Assembly (NCBI RefSeq): GCF_009914755.1
Contig: NC_060926.1
From: the human T2T-CHM13v2.0 reference genome, Homo sapiens
DNA length: 64,000 bases
Direction: 5' to 3' (one strand)
The position numbers and the translations under genes are program-made. Under the pieces are notes generated by a model that saw nothing but the letters and a program-made list of their open reading frames with translations, did no database searches and was not told where the DNA came from. Of this stretch, positions 40,963-54,550 are shown piece by piece. The first letter of the stretch is position 1; the number at the start of each line of letters is the position of its first letter.

Positions 40963-42024
40963 TTATATGTTAGCAGTGCTTTGGTAAGTCAAGGGGAAAA
41001 AGCCTTAGAGAAAAATAACGACATATCTTTGTGTAGCAGAGAAGGGCTTAGGATACAGAACAAGGGTAGGAAACATAAAAAGCACAGAGTTGAAAGAAAC
41101 CCCAGGGAACATCTTACGGCTTCTCTCACCTTGCCCCCAATACGGATAGGAAAACAGGCCCAGAGAGGTTGGTTCATCCGCTTCCCACAATTTGATGAAA
41201 AAATTCCCTTTGGTTATTTATATACTTGGGCTGGAATTTCCCTGCCAACACCTATTGCTCCCTTCTCCTCCAACAATATTTTGGGAATTCTCATTCTATT
41301 ATCCCCCCAAACTGCTCATATATGTTGACTGAAAGGTAGATCAAAGCCATAAGCATCCAAACCACAACAGTCGTTCATCGGGATGACGCAGACGCTTATT
41401 AAAGATTGTGCTGAGGGTTTTTTCTCCAAATTTCCTCAGACCCTCGCCATCCTAACAGGCTCTTACTTGTAAAGCTTTCAGTGGTGGCCCTTGACATTTT
41501 CTCAGTTGCTCGGTCTGCCTACAGTCTTTAGAAAGATGTATTCATTGCCTCACACCATAAGCTAAATGAACATTTATTCAGTGCTTGGTGTAGGTGCCAA
41601 GCATTGTTCTAGACACTGGTACATGGATAGGACAATCAGACACGACCTTACTCGCATGAGGCTTACACTAGAGGCTTGTTGCACCTCCAACTTCGAGGAC
41701 AGTTCTCCATGAAATAACACAGTCTTCAGTTTCCGCCAACCCCTTAATGTCCATTAGCCCCCAGAAATCTAGCCCACAGAGATAAATAATTCTGTTTCAT
41801 TCAAGCTCTGTTCATTCTTCCTACTCTCTCCTTTCATTTTTAATCAATCCTTCTTTGCATCCTCCAGCTCCTACACCCCCAAACAGGTAGTGCCCCTCAA
41901 GTGCACATAATATTGTAAACCTTTAAAAATTCCCTTTCCTGTTTAGCATCCAGATGCCAATGCAAAAGGAAATTCACTGAACTGAGGATTGCCAAATGCG
42001 GACAACCTGGAAGTATTTTGGGGT

Positions 42025-42414
42025 TTTTGTTGTGTTGTGTTTTTTAGGCTCAAGGGTACATGTGCTTGTTTGTTACATGGCTATATTGCATACTAGCAGG
42101 GATTGAGCTTCTAGTGTACTCATTACCCACATAGTGAACACTATATCTGATAGGTAATTTTTCAACTCTCACTCTCTCCCACCTCCCCCCTTTTGGAGGC
42201 TTCAGTGTCTATTATTTCCATCTTTATGTCCATGTGTCCATTGTTCAGCTCTTGCTTATAAGTGAGAACATGCAGTATTTAGTTTTCTATTTCTGATTTA
42301 GTTCACCTAAGACAATGGCCTACAGCTCCATCCATGCTGCTGCAAAGGACATGCTTTTTTTCTTTTTTATGGCAGCATACTATTCTGTGGCATATATGTA
42401 CCACATTTTCTTTA
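42025..42414 (-). mobile_element. 5'-truncated primate L1 3' end (old L1PA/L1PB-like)
   Basis: 'gggtacatgtgc...tgttacatgg...cttataagtgagaacatgcagtattt...ccatccatgctgctgcaaaggacatg'; TSD CTGGAAGTATTTT at 42007 and 42415. Confidence 0.9.
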
Positions 42415-42699
42415 CTGGAAGTATTTTTGCAAGTTAGGTCTCTACTACACCAAGGTGCTTCATCATTCAGAAAACACAGAGTGAGTTAAGGATCCGTTAA
42501 GGGAAACGAGGAAAATCTGAGAAGCCAGTTTAATTGATACTTTAAAGTTGAGAATTACCATGTATGGGTTGCCCCCTGCATTCCTCCCCACACCACCCCT
42601 ATCCTCCTGCAGAACCCCAAAGTGACAAGAAGGAACATGAATTTGGTGTCAAAGGCAAAAAACCAGGAGGCTCACCCCCAAGGCTGCTTCACCCCTTTC

Positions 42700-44170
42700 A
42701 GGCCTTGACATGGAGGGAAAACAAAAGCTGCCACCATACCAAACCTTTCCAGACTCATCCTAATGGAATCTGCTTGAGTCATGGAAACATATTACAAAGG
42801 CTTGCCAACACCAGGGCCTTGTGTAAATCTACAATTGCAACTAGTATTGGGATTGGAGCACCCACAAGTCAGTTAGGACCATCTAAGTCCATAGATTAAC
42901 CATGCCACTTGTTTGCAACTTTTTGCATTTACAAAAAGAAGAAATGATCGCAGGAAATGAACCCAGCAAATGTATCCTCTGGAGACATGTACCTCTCTCT
43001 GGGACATGCCTAAAGTTTTCTTTGACAGTAATAAATGTCAGAAATTGTTATTGAAACAAAGGCAGCTGGTTTACAATTGTGATAAATAAGTTCCCAAATT
43101 GGCAAGAATCTCTACGCATGTGTAAAAAGGCAACTTTTCCCGGCCCAAGTGACTCACCAAGGCCCTCCAGGCATTATCTAGACTTACTTTATTCTTTGCA
43201 AACACATTGAGACTGCCGTACCCCTTCTGTGCTTGCTCATTTTTTTCTGAGTCATAGCATGAGCTGACAATAGAAGCATGTCAAACAAAACCTCCACATT
43301 AAAGCAACGTTGTCTGAAGGGTGTGCCTGTGCCCTCTCAGGCCCTGGCAATGGAGATGCGTATGTATCTACCCCACTTAAAAAATAAAAACTATCCACTT
43401 TCATTGTTTTTTAGCAAATGTATGAATAGAAGGGTCATTTTCCGCGTTGATTTCTTTTAACTCCATGTGTTTAAGAAGGATAAAATGCACATTAGGAGGA
43501 CGGAAAAGCACAGCCGCCACAATATCCCAGCTTTGCGGGTCCTATTCAACTCTTTCTTTTCCCCTTCAGTGAGCTTTGCATAAAGCTTACCCAAACCCAC
43601 ATGGATTTCTATAACATCCAAAAAGAATGACAATGAGTGATGTGATGTAGGTGGAAACTGCCTGAAGAAACCTAAATTGTAACAGGAAAAAAAATTGACA
43701 TTTTAGATTTTAAATGTTACACAGTTTTTATAAAGCTTCAGTCAATTTATTTTATTTATTCTAATGAAGAGCATTACAACTGCTTTACTGCACTGAAGCA
43801 AGCATCGATCACATCATTAATCACACCTTGTGAATAGCCACAAATCAAGTTCTAACAGCAAGCACTGAATCAGGAGCAATGAAGCATAAACTCCTTCACA
43901 ATTTATGATCTCTCCAATTGCATCTTTTCAACCATTAAATTGCAAGATACCATAAATTTTTATCTTCTTCACTTCAGTCACATTATTGATTCTGCCGTGT
44001 GAAATATAGAAGCGCCGTAAATCTCGGCTATTGAATTAAATTTAAAGTCTCGACTTCAGAAAAGAAACCCAACACACTGCCATGGCTGTTAATTTACACT
44101 GAGGAACAAATGATAGAAACATTAAAATTTAAATGGACAACAGGGATTTCTAAAAGCCATAGTACTGTCA
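42700..44170. promoter_or_regulatory. Candidate enhancer (repeat-free, motif-dense)
   Basis: Three AP-1 sites (42775, 43150, 43248) and clustered homeodomain motifs at 43578-44021. Function is inferred only. Confidence 0.4.
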
Positions 44171-44429
44171 ATCCTAGTCCTTGTCAACCTTGAGGGCTTT
44201 TAAAAAAATTATTCAAATTTTAAAAAAGAAAAAAATTAAAAATTTTAAAAGTGGAAGGTAGGTAGATTATTCATAGGAAAAAGTAATAGGGAAATTATTC
44301 CATGGGAATGGCTGCCAAGACTAGATACTTTAAAGGCAGGAAAGTGGCAGTGTCCCCCACCTCACTCCCCATGCCATGGGACAGTTCCAAAGGAACCCAT
44401 GTGTCTCACATTCCACTCAGGACACCTCT

Positions 44430-45000
44430 GGATACAGTGGTGGTCCCACGGAGGCACTGACAGTCCCTAGACAGCTGTGCTCATTGCCCCACTTGCCATC
44501 TTGACTTCTGATCCATTTGCTGCCCTGCCGTCTCTCTCCTGCCACCCGGAAGCTGCCTTTGCAGTCTGCCTTGCTGAAGCCTCTTTGCTCTCTGGCTTTC
44601 GGTTGGGTGTGGCCAATAGGAAGCACTGGCAGAATGGCGAACGGCAGGGTGGGAGAGGGCTGGGAATGTTCGTTCCCACTCCTTCCCTGCTTTCACGTCA
44701 GGGTTTGGCAGGGGTTGGATCCTTCTCTGACTACAGCTCCAAGTGTGGCGGTGGGGGTGGGAGGCTACTCCTTTTTGGCTCAAGTTCTCACCATCCTCCG
44801 GTAACAGCACTCCCCTCCTTTGCCCTTCCAGGACTGGGGTTAGTAAAGGCTTCTCCCTGTTACTCTTCTATAGGTGCCTCAGCCTCCTTGAAGGTCCTTT
44901 TAACCTTGCCCATAACTCTGCAAAATGTCCCTTCATTAAATACTCTTCAGCTGGATGTCTGAATGGCATTCTGCTTCCTGTTAAGATGTTGACTGATGCA
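44430..45000 (+). mobile_element. ERVL LTR (LTR33-like)
   Basis: 3' end 'aaatgtcccttcattaaatactcttca...ttctgcttcctg...tgactgatgca'; interior 'gggtgtggccaataggaagcactggcaga'. Confidence 0.6.
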
Positions 45001-46084
45001 GAACATGTCAGGGCACAGAGAAGATCCTAAGAGCTCCAGAAAGAGCTGACAGCAGCCAGGCCCTGCAGTAAAAGCCAGAGATACCACACCCCAAAGTGGC
45101 GAAAATCTAAGTAAACCTAAACTATATTCAGATCAAGAAATGCCCATTATGTTTTGGCAGATAGCTGTCCCTGGTATTATAAAGGACATGTATGGCACCC
45201 AGAAGTGAGACAAACGGGATCGCAACAAGTGGTCTTTTTCATAAGCCACCAGGCAAGCTGAGATCTTTTAGCCACAGAGAATAAAGGAGAGGTTGCTGAG
45301 TAAAGGCTGAGTTAGAGGAGAAAATAGGGGCTTGCCTCGGGCACATGCCATTCTAACATAGACAGAGGCAATTGCTAACTCGCTGTGGTGACCAGGGCTG
45401 GTTGGAACTCAGCAGACATAAGCAGAACCCCAGCCTGTTCTTGCAGGATCTCAGACAACCCTGTGGTGTGTGAATTGTGATCTGAGGATGCCCAGACTGG
45501 CTTCTAGCCTTACCTACTTCTAAGACGCATGAATTTTCTATGTCCTCCAAGTTTCCTTCTGGGGGTTAAGAGAGCTAAAACACAAGATAATGCTATATTA
45601 TCAGTTTCAGGGTCCAACAAACACTCCAACTCCCCACAAAGGACCAAGGGCTTCTGGAAATGAATATACCAATTTCTCCAACCTAATGACAATGTTAAGA
45701 GATAAAGAGATAGAGTCTTTGCCAGAGGTCAGGATATCCCTGACAGCCAGCAAAGACTTTCTGGGACCAACTTCAGGTTCAACCTTCCCCTACAGGTTCC
45801 AGGCAGGTCCAGGCTGAACAGGATTTCTGGAATCAATCTTAATTTGATTGAAATCCACATGAGAGGTGGAAGAGCAGAGATCTACATCTCCATCACCTTC
45901 AGTATGAATGAAGAACATTCACCTTCTATGTGTGTTCTAGACCAGAGATTCCTGCCCCAGAGTGACTGAACTCCCTTGGACTATCACAGTAATGCCACAA
46001 ACTACTCAGATGACTTCTGACATCCAGAATAAACAACTAACGGTCTCTCGTGGTTCACAGGCCCTTCCCAAAGCTTCTGTTTGG

Positions 46085-46670
46085 TAAAATATTAATACAT
46101 TTACATGGCCCAAAATTCAAACAATACAAAAGAGGATAAGGTAAAAAGAAGTCTTTTTCCCATTTCATCACTCAACCATCCAGTTTCCTTTCCCAGAGGC
46201 AACAAATACTAGTAGTTTATCTATTGATCGATCTATCTATCTAGATAGGTATGTGCATGGATATACATACATATATAGTCCATTTATATATAGTTTCTAT
46301 CTACTTGCCAAATATATGTTCATATGCATATATGCTTTCAGAAACTCCATATACAAACAAATGCATACATGTGTGCACATATATATATATATGCATATAT
46401 TTTTCCCATTCCTTTACACATATGGTAGGATATTACACACAAAGGTGCACCTAGCTTTTTTCATTTAACAATGTTGTGAAGTCTGTTTCATATTATTGCA
46501 TAAAAAGCTTCTTTGCCACTCTTCCAGGCTGTAGAGTAGTTATGTAAGATGGACCACAATTTGCTGAAACATTCCACTGTTGATTGACATTTGGGTTGTT
46601 TCCAATCTCTTGCTATTACAAACAACTGTTTTGTAATGATCTTATACATATGTCATTTCACAAATGCTAC
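46085..46670 (-). mobile_element. Ancient L1 (L1ME-like) 3' fragment with decayed (TA)/(CA) repeat
   Basis: 'aaaattcaaacaatacaaaag...cccagaggcaac...gacatttgggttgtttccaatc...gctattacaaacaa'. Confidence 0.7.
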
Positions 46671-46689
46671 AGAGAGATTTTAAATTGAC

Positions 46690-46910
46690 CCAACTTTTCA
46701 AAAAATCAGATTTCACATAAAAATGGACTTGAGGTTTTTCTCGAAAAAGGAAAGATCTAGCAGCAGTGAACTCCTGCTCTCACATGGCAACAGCTAGCTG
46801 TAGCTGAGCAGTAGATGTCCCTTTGGAAGACTTAGTGCTGTCCAGTTTGCCTCCATACACTTTTGCATAGTCCGCTGGCCCCTATGGGCATTTGAAATCC
46901 TGCCTACCTC
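46690..46910. mobile_element. MER102-like hAT-Charlie element
   Basis: 'aagatctagcagcagtg...cacatggcaacagctagctgtagctgagcagtag...ctggcccctatgggcatttga'. Confidence 0.6.
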
Positions 46911-47780
46911 AGAGTGTGATAAGGATTGAATGACATAATGAATGAAGGTAAAATATCCACATGGTACTTGGCACCTTCTGAGTGGTGGAGACACTGTAAG
47001 GGAAATGAGATGTCGGTTCAATGACTATTCCCTTCCATTCCCTTTCCCGTCAGTCTACACATTTTTGGTTCTTCAACTTCTTTCTAACCTTACTGGAAAG
47101 TAAGCTTCATGAAAACATAGACTTTATTTTGTTCACCACCATGGCCCCAGCACCTAGAAGAGCAAAGGTCACATAAAATGAAAGGGTAAATGAATGAATG
47201 AATAGAATGAGATAAGAGCACGTCAAGAAATAAAATTTATTAGGCTCTTCCCACCTGTTTCTTGATATTTTTATGCTTTCATTCATTTCCTATACTTTTC
47301 CATTTATTTGCCAAATCCAAGCTGTTTCATTTATAAATATTTTTCCAAGTTTGTTAGTATTTACCTTCTATTCCTTATCTTTGAATTACCTTTTCTTTTC
47401 TGTCCACTAATTCTGTTGCTTTCAACTGTTTCAACCTTACAGTTTCGAACCACAAGGAATCCGATTATTTTTTGTATGTGCTCCTCAAATCCATAAATCT
47501 AATTTTAAATTCAAAAACAAACAGCTCTACTTTCTTTGAAATGTATAACCCTATAAAATATTCACATTAGTCTAAATTATATGATTAATGTGGCATCTTC
47601 CCCATGAACACTTAAACAATTTAGATACATGACTTGAGACTGTTGCTATGTGACACAAGTTCCACCTTAGAAAATTGGATGAACAATGTTACCTGATAAA
47701 TGAAATTTTAAAATAAAAACCAAAGAGGTTACCAGTTCACAGTTACTTCCCAGCATGGTTTGGTAAAGAATCAATGGATT

Positions 47781-48084
<304 letters not shown>

Positions 48085-51000
48085 TCATCATGGTCGCTGG
48101 GAGCTTCGAAGTTTACAAAATGCTCATCCCATGCCACCCTGGCTCATTTGCTCATAGCTACAACTCATGAGGGAGTGGGTCGGTAGGCTGGAGATGGTTT
48201 GATTTACTGAAACTCATCCAATTTATCTTCAGGTAAAAGAGGGAGTTGCTGGGGGAGAGACACGGGGACCTCACAACTTGAGGATAGGAAGAACAGCTCC
48301 ACTCCAGGAGGAACCGGAAGTAAGGCTGCAGCGTCATAGGAAACAGAGACATCGGCTCCACTGACCCCTCAGCTAGGCCACAGCCTCTCATCTTGGCTTC
48401 TCTCTGTGCTTCTGTTTCTCACATCTTGACCTGCAGTGGAGCTTTCTTTGGTTCTCCCTACACATGGTAGAAAATGGCTGCCCTACAGCTCCTGGGTTTC
48501 CTCATCTTCCTTCAGGTGGTTACAAAGATGAACCAGAGCCTCTAGGCCCCAATTCCAAACGCTGAACAGAGACATACGGATAGGCCCATCTTGGGCCAGA
48601 TGTCCGTCTCAATCTGACAGACAACATGGGAGAATAACGCTACTAAACACATTTTATTCTTTTATTTTCCAATTACATTAACAAAGGGCAGCTTGCTGGA
48701 GGTTTGATTGTGAGTTACAGAAACCACTCAGAAAATGTTGAGCAAAAAGAGGGAATCACCGGGGGGAGGCCTGGTATCTTGGCTCAAGGACAAGCAGTAT
48801 GACTCCACCGAACATTTGTTCTGAGTGACTCACCCCCTGTGAAACAGCAGACTGCATGGCCATGCAGCCCTCCCTGCTTGGAAGGTGGATCTTTGAGAAG
48901 TGAGGCTATGGCTGGGCAAGCATCCCCAAAGGCATTGGTCCTAAGCAACTGATATTATTTTGCCCTTTTTATAAGTTTATTCTAACTAGGTGACTTTCCC
49001 AGGGCTACACGGGTAGCAAGTAGCTTCTGACCTAGACCTGCTCCACCCAAACAGACTCTTAATTTCACCTCATTCCCTCTTCTATTGCTTGGCACACTAT
49101 AGGCACTCGGTACACAGAATTTTCCAGAACAGAGAACAGATAAAATGCTTACAGGTTGCTTGTTACATTGTACATTCTCTAATGTGATGTTCATCCACTT
49201 AGAAAGCACTAAGTTTTGGTAGTAGCTGAATTACAAGGCTTTTAGTTCCTTCCAAATAAAAGCACATCCTCACCATCACTGTACTTTTTATATAACTTTT
49301 CTATTGTAATTCCTGGAATTCCCTGAGCTCCAGAGTGCCAAATTGACACTCACTTTCCAGGAATTATCAAATTTTTAGGGATTGACTATTATTCTCCATT
49401 CCTCTTCCATCAAGGTATATGAATAATTCTCCAAAAATGTGCTCCCCCTTCCATTTTACTTTTAATAAACGTAATTGAATCAGTCCTAGGCTGGAGCATC
49501 TGGCCTTGGATTGCCGTGGAGTTTTTTTTTTTTTTTCTTTTTTTGGTCCAGAGGGCACATTTCTTGTTCTAGGGTCAATGAAATAATCAAAACCTAGTCC
49601 CTGGGGAGGAAATTTTATGGTTCTCATTTATTTGATCCACAATCTACTAAACTCCATGCCATAGTCAATCAGCTGTTAAATAAAGAAGGAACGCACAGCT
49701 AGTTTGCTCTAGAAAAGGCAAAATCCACTGGATCCTGGGCTGGTTAAGTTAGAAACAGGTTGATTATACTTAAGTTGGGGGCCGATAGGGCTTCAGTGAA
49801 AATGCCTGGTAGTTGGAAGCTCACTCATTTATTTTGCCCACAAACAGAAACTGCCTTTTGAAATGAAAAGATGAATCCTAGTTAACCGGGTTTCCAACCC
49901 AGGCAATGGTCTAGATTGACAGGCTCAGATTGTCAGAAAAGAACAGCAGGGAGGTAATGAAGGGACAGCACTTTAGAAGCGACGGGCCGAGGCTCACAGA
50001 GAGCTAGCGTTTGTTCAGAGGCGCCCAGCACTGCCCTGTGGCCACCCAGGGCCATCTCCTCAGTGACCCACCCCTCTCAGCCCTCACATTGCTGGGCTGG
50101 CCCATCAATTGATCTCTAATGCCTGCCTTGGCTAATGTAATTGGAATGTCAAAGAATAAAATGTGGTTAGTTACGCGTTATTCTCCCTCTCATAAAACTC
50201 ACCCTTGGACAGAGGGAATCAGCCTTTGATGAGGACTGTTACAGGCTTCCAGAGAGCACTTACTTTCTATGCATTCTCCAGGAGACATGTAAAGCGCTGG
50301 AGAATCCTAGTTGAGTATGAATTTAAATGAGTGGTACAAGGGCCAGCAGGTTCTCAGACAACGGTGTGACTGGAGGCTCTAAGAATTTTCTGCCAGTCCA
50401 TAGCAACAGTCACCACCCAAAGAACCCTACATCCTTTCCTTCCCACCAGGCCTCACCACTTGCATGGTGATGGAAATCGGAAGGAGGGACCTTCTTTCCA
50501 GGGTTTGACTGGACAACAGTCTGCCTTCCCCTGGCACTGCTGGTCACCAAGTGACTAACAAACCAGAGCCGTAGGGTGCACTCCTATCAGTACTTTATAG
50601 ATTCCAGAAGGGCATAAATTGTGTCCATTTTCTTACTGCTGCAGAGCTAGGGCCTATCTCAGTGCCTGGCACATGATAGGTCCTAATGTTTGTTGAGTCA
50701 TTAGTGGGTCCATAGCATTTCAAAGGAAAACACTCTGAAGAGTGATCTAAGATAGAGTGACAGTTGTGATATGGGTGTTTATAGATACTACCTCTGAGGT
50801 GGGAAGATGGAAGAAAGACACCTTAGTTTTGCTGGATTTTATTTTTTATTTATGATGCTATCATCACTGTGTTGGGCTGTGACACAGAACAGAGGCTGAC
50901 ATTGGGGAAACCTGGGGCTAAGCAGATGAGTCTGAGGTAGAGTGGAAAAATGAAAAGAAATGGCAAGATTTTAGAAACATCCAAATTATGGGCCAAGCAG

Positions 51001-51860
51001 CCAATGATTCTCCCTTAGCAATGTGACCTCCCTCTAGTCTTCCAGCCAAGCCCCATCTGGAACATACCTCATGGAGTTGAAAGCTGTCGTTGGAAAGAGC
51101 CAAAGAGGGGACTCCACAGAGCCAGAGCCACAGCTGCCCCTGGCAAGCCCTGGGCAGCAGGACACCAAGGTACCTGCAGGTATGAGGCCTCAGGTTCAAG
51201 CAGAGCTAGACACAGAAACTGTTTGTGTGGGAGCCCCTCCTCTGCCACTGAGAGGGGTGGACTCCAAACTCAAGAGCAGGAGGCCTGCCCCACTTCGACT
51301 CAGCCACAGGCTTCTTTTGTGTGTATCGTTAGAGCTATTTGCTATTAGAAAACCCACTGAAATACTCTAAATTCATCTTTCTTCCAAAGTGGATATAGCC
51401 TCATGCAAAGGATAATTTGAGCATGAACTGGTTCTTCTGTTTAGTTGAAGCTGTTTCTGGAAATCGCCAAAGTTGGAGTGGGCTGCCAGCCTGTCAAAAG
51501 GAATCCTCCTACCCAGGCTAAACAAACAGCCTCAAAAAATACCCTGAGAGGCAGCAGCCATCTAGTAACATGTAATAGAGAGGGGCTTGGTCCAGTGGGA
51601 AGTGGAGAGCAACAAGAGAGAATGGAACTCCCAGCCGCAATGAAGATTTGCAGAGTGAAAGCTGCCTTCAACGTATCATGAAGCCGGCGCACCATGAGGA
51701 ACACTTTCAAAAGTCAGTAATAAATATCTCAAATGCACATATTTTATTGCACCTTTAAAATGCATACAAAAGTGCATTTGATTCGTTTTAAATACAATTA
51801 TTTTAACTCTTTTTTAACGCCAGGATTAAGCCAATTCTACTCCATAAGGCTTTTGATACC

Positions 51861-51882
51861 AAAAAAAAAAAAAAAAAAAAAA
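51861..51882 (+). repeat. A22 homopolymer without an obvious parent retroelement
   Basis: Read directly. Confidence 0.9.
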
Positions 51883-53559
51883 GAGAATCGTGTGGGAGAT
51901 TCGTTCGACAACCAAGTGAAAAAGGTTTCCTGTTAACTGATTATATTGCCCAATTTTAAATTATCTTTAGATTCAGTCACTTACCTGGAAGGCCCAGACA
52001 CTTGCAGATGCAAAATAGATTTCATACAGTTCAGGAGGAGAGTCTGGGGGAGTATTCTGGGCTGTCAGGAGACAATCCAGTAATGAGCAAAAAGTCTTCA
52101 ATAAAGACAAACAGAATAAAAGGGCTGTGTTAAAATTACTGCAGCCTTGCATAATAGCTGAGCTGCAAAGATACTACAGAAATGGTAATGAGTACAACAA
52201 TGCTGTGAACTTGGGGTGTTTTTATTTAAAAGATTTTAATTAACCAGAAAATGAGCATTAATCCCAGCAACTTGGAAAATAACAACACGCCATCCTATTG
52301 CTATGAGCAAAAAGGTAAGATAAATAACAAGAAAATGTTATCTGGGGAAATAAGCCCTTTGAAAAATTCACAATTCAGAGCTTTAGCTAGAATACGATAG
52401 TAGGTTCACTTCTAAATGGGCAACTTACCATGGTTTTTTATATTCTGAGATTTCCACCCTTAAATTCCAGAGAATACAGTTACAGTCAATGCTCTGGTCT
52501 CCCAAGCTAAATACATTTAATGAAATTTTCAGCCATATAGAATTTACATTCTGGAAAAAAATTACGCGTTGTTTCAATTATTCTCAATGCTTGGGAGTCC
52601 AGTGAGCCAACAAGCATCAGCTGCCTGCCTCCTCTCCTAAAAAAATCAAAGAAGTGGGTAAACTAGAAGACTCCAAAGGGGACTGATTTATAAAAGTCTT
52701 AGCAAAGGACATGCTGCCTCACCAAGTTCCTTCTGCTGCTCTAACGAAATCATTGTTATTTCTATCTACTACATGAGCTCTTTTTTTTTTCCCCCAATGG
52801 AAGGGCCTGGTTTTATTATATGAATAATAGAAGCAGACCTCAAAATATGAAATGATTGTCCTAAAGTTCCCCATTGGCAATTAAGCAACTACAAAATGCA
52901 GGCACTGGAAAGGCAAATTTCTCTCAAAAAAATTCCCCAACATACTCTCTACCACTTTTGCTGGATTTACATTACGGATGCAGAAGATTTCAAAGCTCTA
53001 TGGTTTAAATTTTTGTCATTATTCACAATCACATGATAGCTAGAATTACAGTTATAGAGCCTTAACCCGAACATGCCTGATGCTTCACTTTACAACTGGT
53101 GCCTTGCCCTAAACTGCTGCCCTTGGTCAATGCACTACAATCCCCATGGCCTTCCAAGCTGGAAATCCCAACATTCTCTCAGAGTCTCTGGCACAAAAGC
53201 TCATCAGTTCCACCCTAGAGCTCTCTCTTTTGAATCTGATCTTTCCCCTCCATGCCCAAATTTAGGCACTCTGCCTTTCTCTCACTTGCAAAAATTCCAG
53301 TAATTGAAAAAAGTTTTCCCAGTTCCCTGATCCCAATTGTCCTATTTCTTTCTTTCTAAGTAATAATTAGTTACTTAGGTTATACATTCTCATGCTTAAA
53401 ACTTTCCATTGCCCACCAAAGAGGCCATATGCTCACCATGCCCTACATGACCCTGTCCCATTTTTATCTCCTGTCCCTTACTACAAATAACTGGATTCAT
53501 TGAATTTCTTAACATTGCTCACATTCACCATGTTTCTTTCACAACTTCAATCATTGAAC

Positions 53560-54260
53560 ATGGTTTTGGCAGAATCATTCTTGGACCTGGGCAAGAGGGA
53601 CCCCTGCCTAGGGTCCTGCGCTTGAGGGGGCTCCTGCTGTGGTCCCCCTCTGATCACCCCTTCTCCACCAGGCAGGCAGCCCATGGGACCAAGGCTATGT
53701 TCCTGCCCAGAGGCTGCACATTCCCTTCTAGACCATGCTCCCGTACCCATGACTCCAGAGTTCCCTATTGAACCATACAACTTTGCTTCTAGAGCTCAGG
53801 CCGGCCCCTGCTCAACCACACCCTCAGCTCTAGGCATGGTCATGCTGATCATGCTGGTCATGACCACTCCTAGAGCTGAGGGTGACCCCCAAGCCTCTGC
53901 TTGCCACAGGGCTGGGGTAACGCCCAAGTGGCATATGAGGCTCTTTGTAATACAGGATAGAGCTGGGGGCAGAAAAAGAAAGAAAGATGCTTCCAGGGAG
54001 GAGCCCCAGGGAACAGGGACCGTCTTAACCTATACCATTACATTCCAGCATGTGACTACAAAAAGTGCTAGAATTTAAAATGTGAACTTGGCCTTCCAGG
54101 ACACTGTGAAAGTAAATTTGTCAAGATAGAGAAGTGGGTTATATTTTATGTAACACTTTATTAGCTTGATTTATGACTTTTAAGTATTTAGATATATGGC
54201 ATCTGGGCCTCTTTTTGTTCTCCTGCTTGGGCCCTGCAGTAAACTTTAGGGGCAAGCTTA
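53560..54260. mobile_element. Possible old hAT-Tip100-type DNA transposon remnant
   Basis: Ends 'gggcaagagggacccctgcctagggtcctgcgctt' and 'cttgggccctgcag...ttaggggcaagc' resemble Tip100-group termini. Confidence 0.35.
53819..53884. other. 66-nt near-perfect hairpin/palindrome
   Basis: caccctcagctctagg / cctagagctgagggtg (16 bp perfect), 2x2 mismatch, tggtcatg / catgacca (8 bp), 14-nt loop. Confidence 0.95.
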
Positions 54261-54486
54261 CTTTCCTGTCCTACTATAATGTCCTTCCTTACTATGTCTG
54301 CCTGATGAACTCCTACTCAGCCTTCAAAACCCATTGCAAATATTACCTCTTCAGGGAAGCCTTTTCCAGCTCCTTCTAAGTCAGAATTAATTACTCTCAT
54401 TTAGTTGGGACTTTTGATTACAAATAGCAAGTAACATTATTTAGTAGTTACACAGCCAAAACAAACAAACAACAAAAGCGGATCTC

Positions 54487-54550
54487 CTTCTCCTCCACCT
54501 CCTCCTCCTCCTCCTCTTTTTCTTCAAGGCCCTCCTCCTCCGCCTTCTTC
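54487..54550 (+). repeat. (CCT)n polypyrimidine repeat
   Basis: Read directly. Confidence 0.9.

Noticed and set aside
44477-44962. Longest ORF in the track (161 aa)
   Set aside because: Lies within an LTR-like element, has no ATG start and no domain.
50273-50305. 9-bp inverted repeat attctccag/ctggagaat
   Set aside because: Short enough to be expected by chance in 64 kb.
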